Shown here: in pieces, positions 26,700 through 37,940 of the stretch
How the letters are laid out: every line of letters starts with the position of its first letter
How positions within the stretch are numbered: position 1 is the first letter of the stretch
Origin: the human T2T-CHM13v2.0 reference genome, Homo sapiens
Assembly (NCBI RefSeq): GCF_009914755.1
Contig: NC_060926.1
DNA: 64,000 nt
Direction: 5' to 3' (one strand)
Translations under genes and position numbers: made by a program
The notes under the pieces: generated by a model
Database searches by the model: none
The model's input: the letters and a program-made list of their open reading frames with translations, nothing else
Told to the model about the DNA's origin: nothing

Positions 26700-28700
26700 T
26701 AAGCCAAATAAATGTCATGGTGGTGCTCAGGCATACCTATTAAAACCTTTACAAGTTAAATGATTAGGATGTAAGTATAATGTAGATTGTTTGGTTGCTA
26801 ATACGAATTTTCATATACCGAATTTCCATGTCATTATGCAGTTCTTTTCAGTGATGTACTACATATCACTTCATATGTGAAGTATCAATTATAAATTGCA
26901 GCTGGGACTATACACTCTTTGATTTCCTTTTCTCTTGAACCTATCATGGACCCGTGCTTTATAAATAAGTCCTTTAAGGCATAATGCTGAAGACATTGAT
27001 GGAAATATAGGTGCTATGGTTATTGCAATGAAATCAGTCATGTGCTTTCAGAACAGTAGGAAGACCAAATTGATGAATCACCTGAAACCATCTGTTACTG
27101 TTACAAAAGCACCAGCTGCAAAGAAAATAAAAATATACAAATATATTGAAAATTATTTGAAATTTGGATTTTAGTAAACTGTCAATGAGTGTAAACGTCT
27201 TCATTAGATATAGTGTGTTTTGGTGACACTCAAAGTTCTAGTTAGAAAGCATTTTGTCTCAAACATCAGTTTTGAAATGTACAAAGACTACCACAGGAAG
27301 CATTGAATTTTTAAAAGCAAAGCAGGTGGATATTCAGGTACCACAGAAACATCAGCACAGAGTGGGGGGAGATGAAATGTCAATGTTGCAGAAGCACTGT
27401 TTGTAATGTTGGTTTCTATTGCCCAGGTTGGTGATACTCAACTGGTGAGACACCAAATCAGCTGTAAAAACAGTTGCAAGTGATGGTCAGTGGGACAAGG
27501 CAACGGGAAACAATATCTGATGGGGCAACTCCATCAAATACAACAGTTCATCAGACAGTGACGATACAACCTAAATGTAGAGCAGTGTTTATTATCCTGA
27601 GTACAATGAAGTCCATAATATTCACTGGAGACTGGAAGATGAATTCATTGACATTAGCAATTCAGCTGATCTTATCATGTTTGTCAGATATGAGCTGAAT
27701 AATAGGTTCCAAGAAGACATGTTGTTTGGCCGATCTTTGTTAACTCTTACAACTGCAAAAGAGATTTTAAAATTATTGATAATTTCTAGATAAATAATGA
27801 CATGCAAGTGATATATTGGTTATGCACAGATGGTGCTAAGGCAACAGTATCCAGTAAAAATGACTTGTTCCATGTATTCAAGCTATTGTACTGGAAACAA
27901 CATCTACTCACTATCCATGCATAGGGGAAGCTCTCACCACCAGAGAAGCTATTTAAAATTTAAGAAACAGACATCATGAAGCTATATAAAGACTATTAAC
28001 CATGTTAAGGACTGCAAATTGAATTATCTACTTTTTCTCTGTTTTGAGAAACTATTAGCATTGATTACAAACAATTACTATCTTTCACAGTAACTTGAAA
28101 AAAAGTCATGTCTTTGGTAACAAAACTTACACAATGTATAAGAGTACACGCATAATTTAGATTGGCTTTGCCAATCAGCATATTGAGGTTATATTTTGTC
28201 CTTTAAACAACCTATAAACTTATCATTTCAAGGTAAGCAAATTTTCACTATTATTCCACATAAAATTGAAAATGAATGTGATGGTTGAAGATATGAATCT
28301 GTGGGATGCATACCCTGATTGGAGTAAACTGAATTATTATATTGCTCTGAATGAACTTATTTAAAAATTCATGAGTAGAAGTAACTGAAAATATTCTGAA
28401 AATTGGGAACATTCACTTGATAAATATCTCCAAGGAGAATGACTTTGGTGAATGGGTGAGTGCCACATTTTTCCACATTACCAAATATTACTGAAATATT
28501 CATATTAAAATGAATTCTGTAAATGGGGTCTACTAAAAGTTTGTTGAGCCAAAGTTATGGAATGTTATTGCATTGTGATCTATGAAGTGGCTCATCTTAT
28601 GTCTGCATTAGGATATTTGTAAAGATTTTGAGGTTAGTACATGTTGTCAATTTTTTTGTAAATTTTCCACAGACACTTAAAAATTGGTGAATCCACTCTT
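26700..28700 (+). mobile_element. Degenerate hAT/Charlie (Buster-clade) DNA transposon with transposase remnant
   Basis: Read from 27635: EDEFIDISNSADLIMFVRYELNNRFQEDMLFGRSLLTLTTAKEI (cf. DESTD..QLLVFVRY..EDFLF..TT). 27823 encodes CTDGAKA. Near 27140, YIENYLKFGF. Later HREAL-, WLCQ.AY- and NLS.QG-like traces. Confidence 0.8.
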
Positions 28701-28769
28701 TGTATAGAACCCATGATATAGCTATTAAATAAATGTTTATAATATTATTCATGACCTCTATATTATGAA

Positions 28770-29480
28770 TTTTTATCTGGTTGTTCTTTCAAAGCCTGAG
28801 GGAGCTAATGGTCAAGTTTCCTATTACTCTTCTGGTTTTTTCTTTCTTATTCACTCACTCACTCACTCACTCACTCACTCACTCACTCAACAGTTCTGCT
28901 TTGTAAATACTTGCTAAGTTACTCAGCATATTAAGGTTACAATAATGCTACCTTCATCATAGACTGTAGCCATCTCTATAACAAGTTAAACTTTTTGTTC
29001 ATAAAGAATGTTTAACCTTGAGCTCTGCATTGTTTGATTTTAGTATTGTTTTCTATGCTTTGTTTTTGTTTGTATCTTTTATGTATACATTTATCCAACA
29101 TTTTATTTTTGTCTACTCTGAATTGCCTTTGTCTTATATATCTTTTGCAGATCTTTCATAAGTAGCATACGGATATTCATTTTTGATCAAATTTGGGGAA
29201 TCTCTATTTCAATAATGAAGGTATCCTACTTATTTTTATTGTCATTTTTTATAGACTGGTTTCTTTCTGTCTCTTGTTTATTTTACTTTTGTCTTTTAAT
29301 TTATTACATCTCACTGCTTCTTCCTTTCATTTTTCTTAAACTGTATTATTTCAGATTTTCTTTTTCTTCTTTAGTAATTTTAAAGTATAAGATTTGTATT
29401 TAAATAGGTTAACTGTTAAATCTTTTTGAAAAAGGCCTTAAATGTTTATTTTTCTAAATTATTAGCTTCAAAAATTAATT
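28770..29480 (-). mobile_element. Ancient L1M fragment (antisense, endonuclease region)
   Basis: T-rich text typical of antisense L1M (CTTGAGCTCTGCATTGTTTGATTTTAGTATTG..ATACATTTATCCAACATTTTATTTT). Confidence 0.5.
28851..28889. repeat. (TCAC)n tetranucleotide microsatellite
   Basis: Direct repeat visible. Confidence 0.95.
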
Positions 29481-29619
29481 AGCCATACCTGTGATCTCAC
29501 GGCAATCCCACCTTCTCAATAGAGTGATGCTATTTATCCCTCTTGACCCCCCCTTTTTGTTTATTATCACTATCTCTTCAATTGTATGGTTCTTATCATT
29601 TTTTTAAGTATGTTCTAAT

Positions 29620-30120
29620 TTTATCCATAAAAAGAAACTTCTTCACTTGACTATACATCCCTGTCCTGCAACTGCTTCATCTCCTTCTCACTACTACTTT
29701 TCTAGAAAGAATTGTCAATTCTAGCTGTCTTCATTTCTCACCTCCCTGGGCTTCTGCCACATTACTCCCTGGATTTTCCTTTTACCTCTGGGAGGCTGCT
29801 TCTCAGTCCTTTTTATAATGCCATCCTCCTCCACCAGACCTAGATGTGTGTAATTCCTCAAGGGTTAACCCTAGGTCCCTTATTTCCTCTCTCTGGGACA
29901 TTTATGCCAAGAGTTTCAAATGACACTATAAACAAATGACTTGCAAATAGACAACTCTAGTCCCAGGCCTCCTCTCTCCCCACCCCAGGACTCCAGATTC
30001 ATACTTGCAACTGCCTTCTTGACATCTCAAGTAACTGTCAAAAGTGCCTTACAATCAATGCATCCATAACCAAATTCTTGATTGTTCTCCCTGAACGAAT
30101 TTATTCTTTCATCCCCGAAC
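29620..30120 (+). mobile_element. L2 fragment
   Basis: GGCTGCTTCTCAGTCC..CCTCAAGGG..CTAGGTCCC..CTCCAGATTCATA..CAACTGCCTTCTTGACATCTC. Confidence 0.75.
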
Positions 30121-30124
30121 AAAG

Positions 30125-30800
30125 AGAACTGTGAGAAAGCCAAGAGTGAGTGATGAAAAGAGTAGTTGGAAAGGAGCTGGGAGAAGTGGCCCAGCACCTG
30201 ATCATGTCTAGCCTTGGAGGTCATGGCAAGGACTTCGGATGTTACCTTGAGATGCAAAGCGATTTGAAACTTTTGAATAGGGAAATAACGATATTTGTGT
30301 TTGAAAGGGTTCCTTCGTCAATAGTGTGGGTGAGAGTGGAGAAGAGAAGCCAGTAGAAAATCTATCACAGAAGCTTAGGTAATAGATAACAGAGGCTTGA
30401 AAGAAAGTGGTAGAAATGGAAGTGATTAGGTGTGGTCAGATTCTGATACCTTTTCAAGGTAAAGTAAGCAATATTTGTTGATGGGTTAGATGTAGAGTAT
30501 GAGATAAAGAGAAAACTCCAAGACAGCTCATGAGATTTTTGTTATCAGTCTCTAGTGAGGGAAACTTAGAGGGAAGGACACATTGGGGAAGGAACTGGAA
30601 TCAAGAGTTGAGTTTAAAATCTGCTGATTTCAGATGCTTATTAGACATCAGGTGAAGATGCTGAGTGGGCATTGGCATTTACAAGTTAAGTTCAGAGTAG
30701 AGGTGAGACCAGCAGATATAAATTTGGGAGACATCAGCATATATAGATGATAATTAAAAACATGTAGGAGTCAATGTAGATTGGAGATGAGAAGAGATAC
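30125..30800 (-). mobile_element. L2 fragment, antisense
   Basis: GATCATGTCTAGCCTTG..GGCAAGGACTTCGGAT..TCAAGAGTTGAGTTT..TTAGACATC..GATATAAATTTGGGAGACATCAGCATAT. Confidence 0.78.
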
Positions 30801-31844
30801 ACACACTAAGCAAAGAAAATTGGTACAAAATGGGCTTCCTCTATTTTTGTGGCAGCCACCTCTGATTAGTATTTATTTAAAACAAAGAAAACATACCTTC
30901 AGGTAGGGGGTTGGTCAATTTTCTTTCATAGCCTTACAATTTAGTCCCCACTTCTTCATATTAGAGGCTTTAGAAAGAGTCTCTTAATATAAGCTGGACC
31001 CTTCACAATATTGAGAATCCAAGTCAAGAGAAGCTATGCCACTCCTGGCTTTGAGTTGGATGGGGGTCATGCATTTCTCTTCTCCTAGCTCCGATAGGGA
31101 GTTTAAGAAAGCTATTGATCCACACCAAAAGGAAAAGTTCTCCAAGGTTGGTGGTTCTTATCTCCCCCATGGCCTGCCCTCATGTCAGCTCTCATCCCTC
31201 CTAATCTAGATATTTCAATGAGTACCTAATTGGTTTTGCCAAAATATATTTCATTACTTTCAGTCACAATTCATTATTCTCTTAAGAAGATCAGTAATAT
31301 TTTATTCCATTTGGTCCCATCTTTGCTATATTTAGCCATATTTAATTTAGGTATGTGGTTTTCATTTAGATATGTGGTTTATTAATCTTGTTCCCTGGTG
31401 TCAGACACAGTTAAGTTCCTTAATAGATACAACCAGCCTGTGAAAAAACAGGCATATGGATGTTAAGTAAATTTCATCAAGATCACATAGCTAATAAGTG
31501 AGACCTTGTTAGACTTTGCTTTCCACAGAGTCACAGAAAGTGATTAATTTCTAAAAGATATAATATTCTTATTCTTATGTTTCAGATATTTTTTGTTGAT
31601 GTGACAGAATTTTTAGTTTTTTAGAATAAAAGTGCAAAAAAATCCAAGATATCATCATCATCACCATCAACAATGTTATAGGATTACTTTAAAATATTCA
31701 CAACCATGTTTCAAAGATGCTTAGATTTTATAGATAACTTATTGGCACATGTGTATGTGATCTGTGAGTTTTGAATTCTGTAGAAATATAAACATTTTAC
31801 CTTAGTAAATACCTGTTTGAGGAAACAAAAGGGTCTTCACTTCA

Positions 31845-32325
31845 TAAAGTTTAAATTCATAAGCATAGTATATAAGCTCTCCATGAGCTGAATCCTACCT
31901 AAATCTTCAGCATTCTCTTTGCTGGTCTCATGCTGATGCCCTGCTCACCAATGTATTTAGTTACTCACATTCTTTAAACATAACCAGGCTCTTTTCTCTC
32001 TCTATGCCTTTATTTGTATGTTCCCCACTTCTTGGAATGCTCTTGGCCTCATTGTTTCCTGTGAAAAAAAAAATTCTACTCCTCTTCCAAAGCTTAGTTC
32101 AAGCATCATCTGCTTATGAAGTCTTTCCAGTCATTATTACTCCTGCTTGTACCCTGTAAATGCCCAAAATGTAACAATCATTACATTTTACGCCATTCAT
32201 TTCTTTACATTTGTTTCTCTCCCATTCAATTTTGAGCTGATTCAGGGCTGAGATACCATGTCTGATTAATATTAGTGCCCCACAGCATTTCAGTAACATA
32301 GATGTGCTTAATAAGATTTTGTTAT
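31845..32325 (+). mobile_element. L2 3' region
   Basis: CTTGGAATGCTCTT..TTCTACTCCTCTTCC..TTCAAGCATCATCT..GTGCTTAATAAG. Confidence 0.65.
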
Positions 32326-34654
32326 ATTCAGTGGTAATAGTCAAATTTTTGAATATCTTGTTCAATACTGAGCAAGAAATGACCAATCTGAAATGATCAA
32401 TTGAACATCTAAAGGGAAACCTTACTGGGTCATATTTCAGCCCTTCAGATTTCAGCCCTTCACATTTCACTTTATTTCCATTATATGCCTTCTTTCTTTA
32501 TAATTTTGATCTCTGTGGATCTGGTGAAATAATATATAATCAATGATTTTATAGTTAAATACATAGTTCTTTTCAAAACATATTTTTAAAAAACAGTGCT
32601 GGTCTACACTCTCTTACCTGTCCTTTATAACATGTCAAATTCCATGACAAAATCTTACCAGATATTTATATTAACACATCTTCCAAATTATTTAAAAGAT
32701 CATTGCTTTTTCAATTTCTAAAGTGAGAGTTTTGGCACTCTTCCTGTACTTCTTATAGGGAAGTGCTTTTTTCTTGCCTCTGACACAGCTGAGATCAATG
32801 AAATTATAAGCCTTTTATTGAAAGATTATTTATACAGAAGTCAGAACTATCTTAGCCCTTGACAATGTTAAATAAAAATCCACTAACTGACAGTTGATAT
32901 TCCACATTATGCAAGGTGAGAAACCAGCCTGTAAGACCAAAGCAACTGTGCATGCAGGTAGGAAAAGAGTTAAAGTATGCAAAGAAGGTGCTCTTTTTTG
33001 GCCTCCTAGATTTAGAGATGTTCTTCTACTGAACGCACTTAACTAAACAAGAGTTAAGCTGAAACTCAAGTGAGTAAATGTATGATGATATTTTCTGTGA
33101 ATCCCCAAAGAAAAGTATACAGACATATGTTTTAGCCATTATGTTATAAGATAGTGCCTTTTAGAATTTCAGCGTGTGGGACCACAAATCATCTGAAATG
33201 TTAGTTAATCTTGAGAAAGTATTTACAACAATCCAATGCCCCCTAGAATAAAAGAGAGCATTTAATGTGGCAGACCATGATGGAGGGGAGGCAATAAAAG
33301 AGAAAGCACAGCTTGAAGTGCAGTATAACTGGGTGACTTACACCTCCCTGCTGAAAGCAGCAGACTTGCAGTTACGGAACTGCTAATCTGTTCTACTGTT
33401 TTTTAATCAGATGTTGGCATTATCTGCCACTAATTGCTTTTTCATTTCCACTTGTAATTATTCCATTGCATGTTTGTAGTGAGAAGCTGAAAATGAGGCA
33501 GATCACTGAGAAAGAATTAATTGTTAATGAATAATCATCAGTAGGAAGCCAATTTCATTATCTTCAAAGAGGTAGCCAGAGATTAACCACTAGCTGTGGT
33601 TCTCCTACTTTCTGTGCATGACTGTGAAGTAATCACAAATAATCACGCCCTCCAACTTCATCAATTATTTTCTATTATGTGGATTGATACCCATTTTTGT
33701 CTTTGTTGTTTAATGATAATGGCCGTATTCATGCTGGGGAGTGCTAATTGGAAGGTGTTACATTCAGTGGGCTCTAGGCCTAATTATTAGAGCATCTTCT
33801 TCATTAGCACATGATCCTACAAGGGTGGCATGGTGGGAGTTACTAATTTCTCCAAGTTACAAGAATATCATGTTAGAAAACTTTTGCATGTCCTTACGCC
33901 AAGTAACACAGAAAATCTTACGTCTCGTCAAAGTTGTATAGCTACCAACAGAGACTTTCTGTTTAAACAAACCAAATAGGATGTTTTAATCTATTAGGAG
34001 TCTTTGAACACAAAGCCTCTTTCTGCCCTAGAAGCTGGATATGCCCAGGACTGTTGATGAGCTTTTGCTTCTACTTTGTTTCTGCCATTTACCAACGCGC
34101 ATTCTTTAGAACGGCTTGCACAGGCCCCTGGGGTTATTATAGCTCCTGTGGAACTTTGCCATCTATTAATGGAAACATCATGAGATGAGTGTGAAAGTCA
34201 GGACAGAAGTGTCCTAATATTTGTTACCTCAGTGACTGAGTGACACTACTGCCCACAAGTAGGGAGAAATAAATATTTTTCCCTCTGTGACACCTTCACA
34301 ATTGCTGGCTCACCTTGTCCTTTAACAGAGAAGTACAATTCCTTGCTGACAGACTTGCTGTAGCCTCAGAAACTCCTTTGGCACAAAACCCCATGTCCGG
34401 CATAGCATAGATACATTCACCTGCCTTCCTTCTCCATAATGATTTTTTTTTTTTTATGAGTGTGACTAAATAGGCTGCCTCTCTAATTTGAAATGCCTTC
34501 CTCAGCACTTTTATTCTTTCCCAGGCACCCAAGGCCCTATTTCCAACTAAACCCAAAGATGAAGAAAGCCATAGCATTCAATAATCTCAAGCTTAATAGA
34601 ATACAGAACATGTTTTTTAAACATCTCCAGGAAGAAAAACTCACAAAAGGATAG

Positions 34655-34870
34655 AAATATCAGGTGTAATTGAAAGAGTGTGGGCTTTGAAATTAGTTGT
34701 AGCCATTTTGTTGGTGTGTGAGCTAGTGTAAATTATTTAACCTCTTGGAGCCACAGTTTTCCTCATTAGGTTGTCATAAAAAGTAATGAGCTATATGAAA
34801 TATTATATGTAAAGTGCTAAACCCGGGGTCTGGCACCTAATCATTGCTTGCTTAGATAGGAGCCGATCAT
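34655..34870 (+). mobile_element. MIR
   Basis: AAAGAGTGTGGGCTTTG..TTATTTAACCTCTTGGAGCCACAGTTTTCCTCAT..ATGTAAAGTGCT..CTGGCACCTA. Confidence 0.7.
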
Positions 34871-35032
34871 GAAGAACCTTAAATATCTGAAGTAACAAGT
34901 TTTTACTTTGGAGGAATATGAATGCCCTTCAGAGGAGAATCACCAAAGAAAAGGGATAATGGAAGCCTGAAAATAGTTTAGACATTGATTAAAAACATCC
35001 ATCAAGAGAAAGGAGTAAAAAAGATAAAATTG

Positions 35033-36844
35033 CAATACACCAACAACAGCCAAACCAAGAGTCAAATCAGAAAGGCAATCTCCTTCATACTGCTGCAAAA
35101 AGAATCTAATACCAAGGAATACAACTAACCAGGGAGGTAAAAGGTCTCTACAAAGAACTGCAAAATGCTGCTCAAAGAAATCAGAGAAAACACACTAATG
35201 GAAAAACATCCCATGCTAATGGATAGGAAGAATCAATATCATTAAAATAGCCATACTGACCAAAGTCATTTACCGATTCAATTCTATTCCTATCAAACTA
35301 CCAATGATATTCTTCACAGAACTAGAAAAGAATATGTTAAAATTCATACAGAACCAAAAAAGAGCCCAAATAGCCAAGGCAATCCTAAGCAAAAAGGACA
35401 AAGCTGAAGGCATCACATTACTCAACTTCAAACTATACTACCAGGCTACAGTAACCAAAACAGCACGGTCCTGTACAAAAACAGGCACATAGACCAATGG
35501 AACAGAATAGAGAGCCCAAAAATAAGGCACACGTATAATCACCTGATCTTCAACAAAGCTGACAAAAATAAGCAATGGACAAAAGACTTCCTATTCAATA
35601 AATGGTGCTGGAATAACTGGCTAGCCATATGCAGAAAACTGAAGCTGGAGGCCTTCCTTACACCATATACAAAAATCAACTGAAGATAGATTCAAGACTT
35701 AAATGTAATACCCCAAACTACAAAAAAAAAAAAAAAAAAAAAAAAACCTGGAAGACAACCTACGTAATGCCCGCCTGGACACAGGAATGGGCAAAGATTG
35801 CATGACAAATGTACCAAAAGCAATTGCAACAAAAGCAGAAATTGACAAGTGAGATCTAATTAAACTTAAGAGCCTCTGCACAGCAAAAGAAACAATCAAC
35901 AGAGCAAACAGACAACTTACAGAATGGGAGAAAATATTTGCAAACTAACATAAAGATCTAATATTCAACATCTATAAGGACCTTAAATAAATTTATAAGA
36001 GAAAAACAAACCCCATTAAAAAGTGGGCAAAGGACATGAACAGACACTTTTCAAAAGAAGACAAACATGAGGCCAACAAGCATATGAAAAACTCAATATC
36101 ACTGATCATTAGAGAAATGTAAATCAAAACCACAATAAGATACCATCTCACACCATTCAGAATAGCTATAATTAAAAAGTCAAAAAATAAGAGATGTTGG
36201 TGAGGTTGTGGAGAAAAGAGAAAACACACACTGTTGGTGCAAGTGTAAATTTTTTCAATGATTATGGAACTTGGCAATCATACTTGGCAATTCCTCAAAG
36301 AGCTAAAAGCAGAACTACCATTTGACCTAGCAATCCCATTACTGTGTATATACCCAGAGGAATATAAATCATTCTACCATAAAGATATTTGCCTGCAAAT
36401 GTTCATTGCAGAACTATTTACAATAGCTAAGACATAGAATCAACCTAAATGCCAATCAATGATGATTGGATAAAGAAAATGTGGTACATATACCACGGAA
36501 TACTATGCAGCCATATAAAAGAATGAGATCATGTCTTTGTGGGAACATGGATGGAGCTGGAGTCTATCATCCTTAGCAAACTAATTAAGGATCAGAAAAC
36601 CAAATACTGCATGTTCTCACTTATAAGTGGGAGCTAAATAGTGAGAACTTTTTATGAACACAAAGGAAAAAACAACAGACACTGGGATCTACTTGAGGGT
36701 GAAGGGTGGGAGGAGGGAGTGGAGCAGGAAAGATAACTATTGGGTATTGGACTTAATTCCTAGGTGATTAAATAATTTGTACAACAAACCCTTGTGACAA
36801 ATTTTCACATGTACCCCAAAACCAAAAATAAAAGTAAAAAAAAA
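35033..36844 (+). mobile_element. 5'-truncated L1PA13-16-type element (ORF2 3' part plus 3' UTR), degenerate
   Basis: [30 protein letters not shown] (35304-35492). 3' UTR GAGCAGGAAAGATAACTATTGGGTA..TGTACAACAAACCC..AAAATAAAAG-An. Internal poly(A) expansion at ~35722-35746. Confidence 0.92.
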
Positions 36845-37709
36845 TAGTGGTTCTACAGAGAAATATTAGCAATGTCTGAGAAAGACTGGGTTTGGAGGGT
36901 GAGAATGAGAAAAACACGTCAAGTGCTATTCTAAGTAGACTAGGTTAGAGCTGGCAGCTGCTTGATCATCAAGAGGGATACCACCATAGAGAAGAGGAAA
37001 CTACACCTGTGAGAGACATGGACTGTCAAAGGTTGAGCAGAAAGGTTGAAATATCTTCTAAGTTTACTTAGTAGTCACTGGTGAATGGTACAAAGCCTCC
37101 CAACAACCTTGGTGAAAATCATCCTCAGAACTTTCCTCTTGAATATATTAATAAGATAATCCTTTTACACAATGACCTTTCCCCAGGCACAAAATAACTT
37201 TATCTTTCGTAGAAAATAACCCTAGACTCTTGGCTTATCTATTGTTAAATGAGAATTTGGAAAGGAGATGGTGAGAAGTAGGGTAAAGAGGATAGCATAT
37301 ACATAGCTATCCCATATTTTCACAATATTTGTAGTGTTACATGTGAGAAAAATGATTACCATGGGATGAACCTAATAGATTCTCTAACTTATTAATAGGC
37401 AACATTATTTTGGCATTTGCACATAGGATTATTCCAGGATGGCGAGCCATAACCCAATGCTATGGCATGAAATGTGTCTTTTGTATAAGTCATAATAACT
37501 AAGACCTCTTGTTTACACAACTTGTTTGTTTGACTTGTCTGACTTGTCTTATGTGTGTAAGGCATTTCACAGAGCACTGAACACACACTTCAGGATCCTG
37601 ACCTTATTGTGATGTAGGCATTACAGGTGGTTTACTGATGACTGGTTGCTGTTGCCAAACATTTTGTTTCTACCTTTCATACCCTTCTCAGCAACTTGAC
37701 TAATGCCTT

Positions 37710-37940
37710 TGACAAGAGAAGCATGAGAGAGAGTAAGTGGAAGAAAGCTGAACTCATCTTTTTATCAGAAGCCCACTCCCATGGTAACTAACCTACTGTC
37801 ATGATAACAGCATTAATCCATTCATGAGGACAGAACCCTCAGGACCCAATCACCTCTTAGAGCCTCGCTTCTCAACACTGTTGCATTGGGGATTAAATTT
37901 CCAACACATGAACTTTGTGGGGCTCAATCAAACCATAGCA
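37710..37940 (-). mobile_element. MaLR LTR 5' portion (MSTC/MSTD-like)
   Basis: GCATTAATCCATTCATGAGG..AATCACCTCTTA..TTTCCAACACATGAACTTT..CAAACCATAGCA (reverse complement starts TGCTATGGTTTG). Confidence 0.8.
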
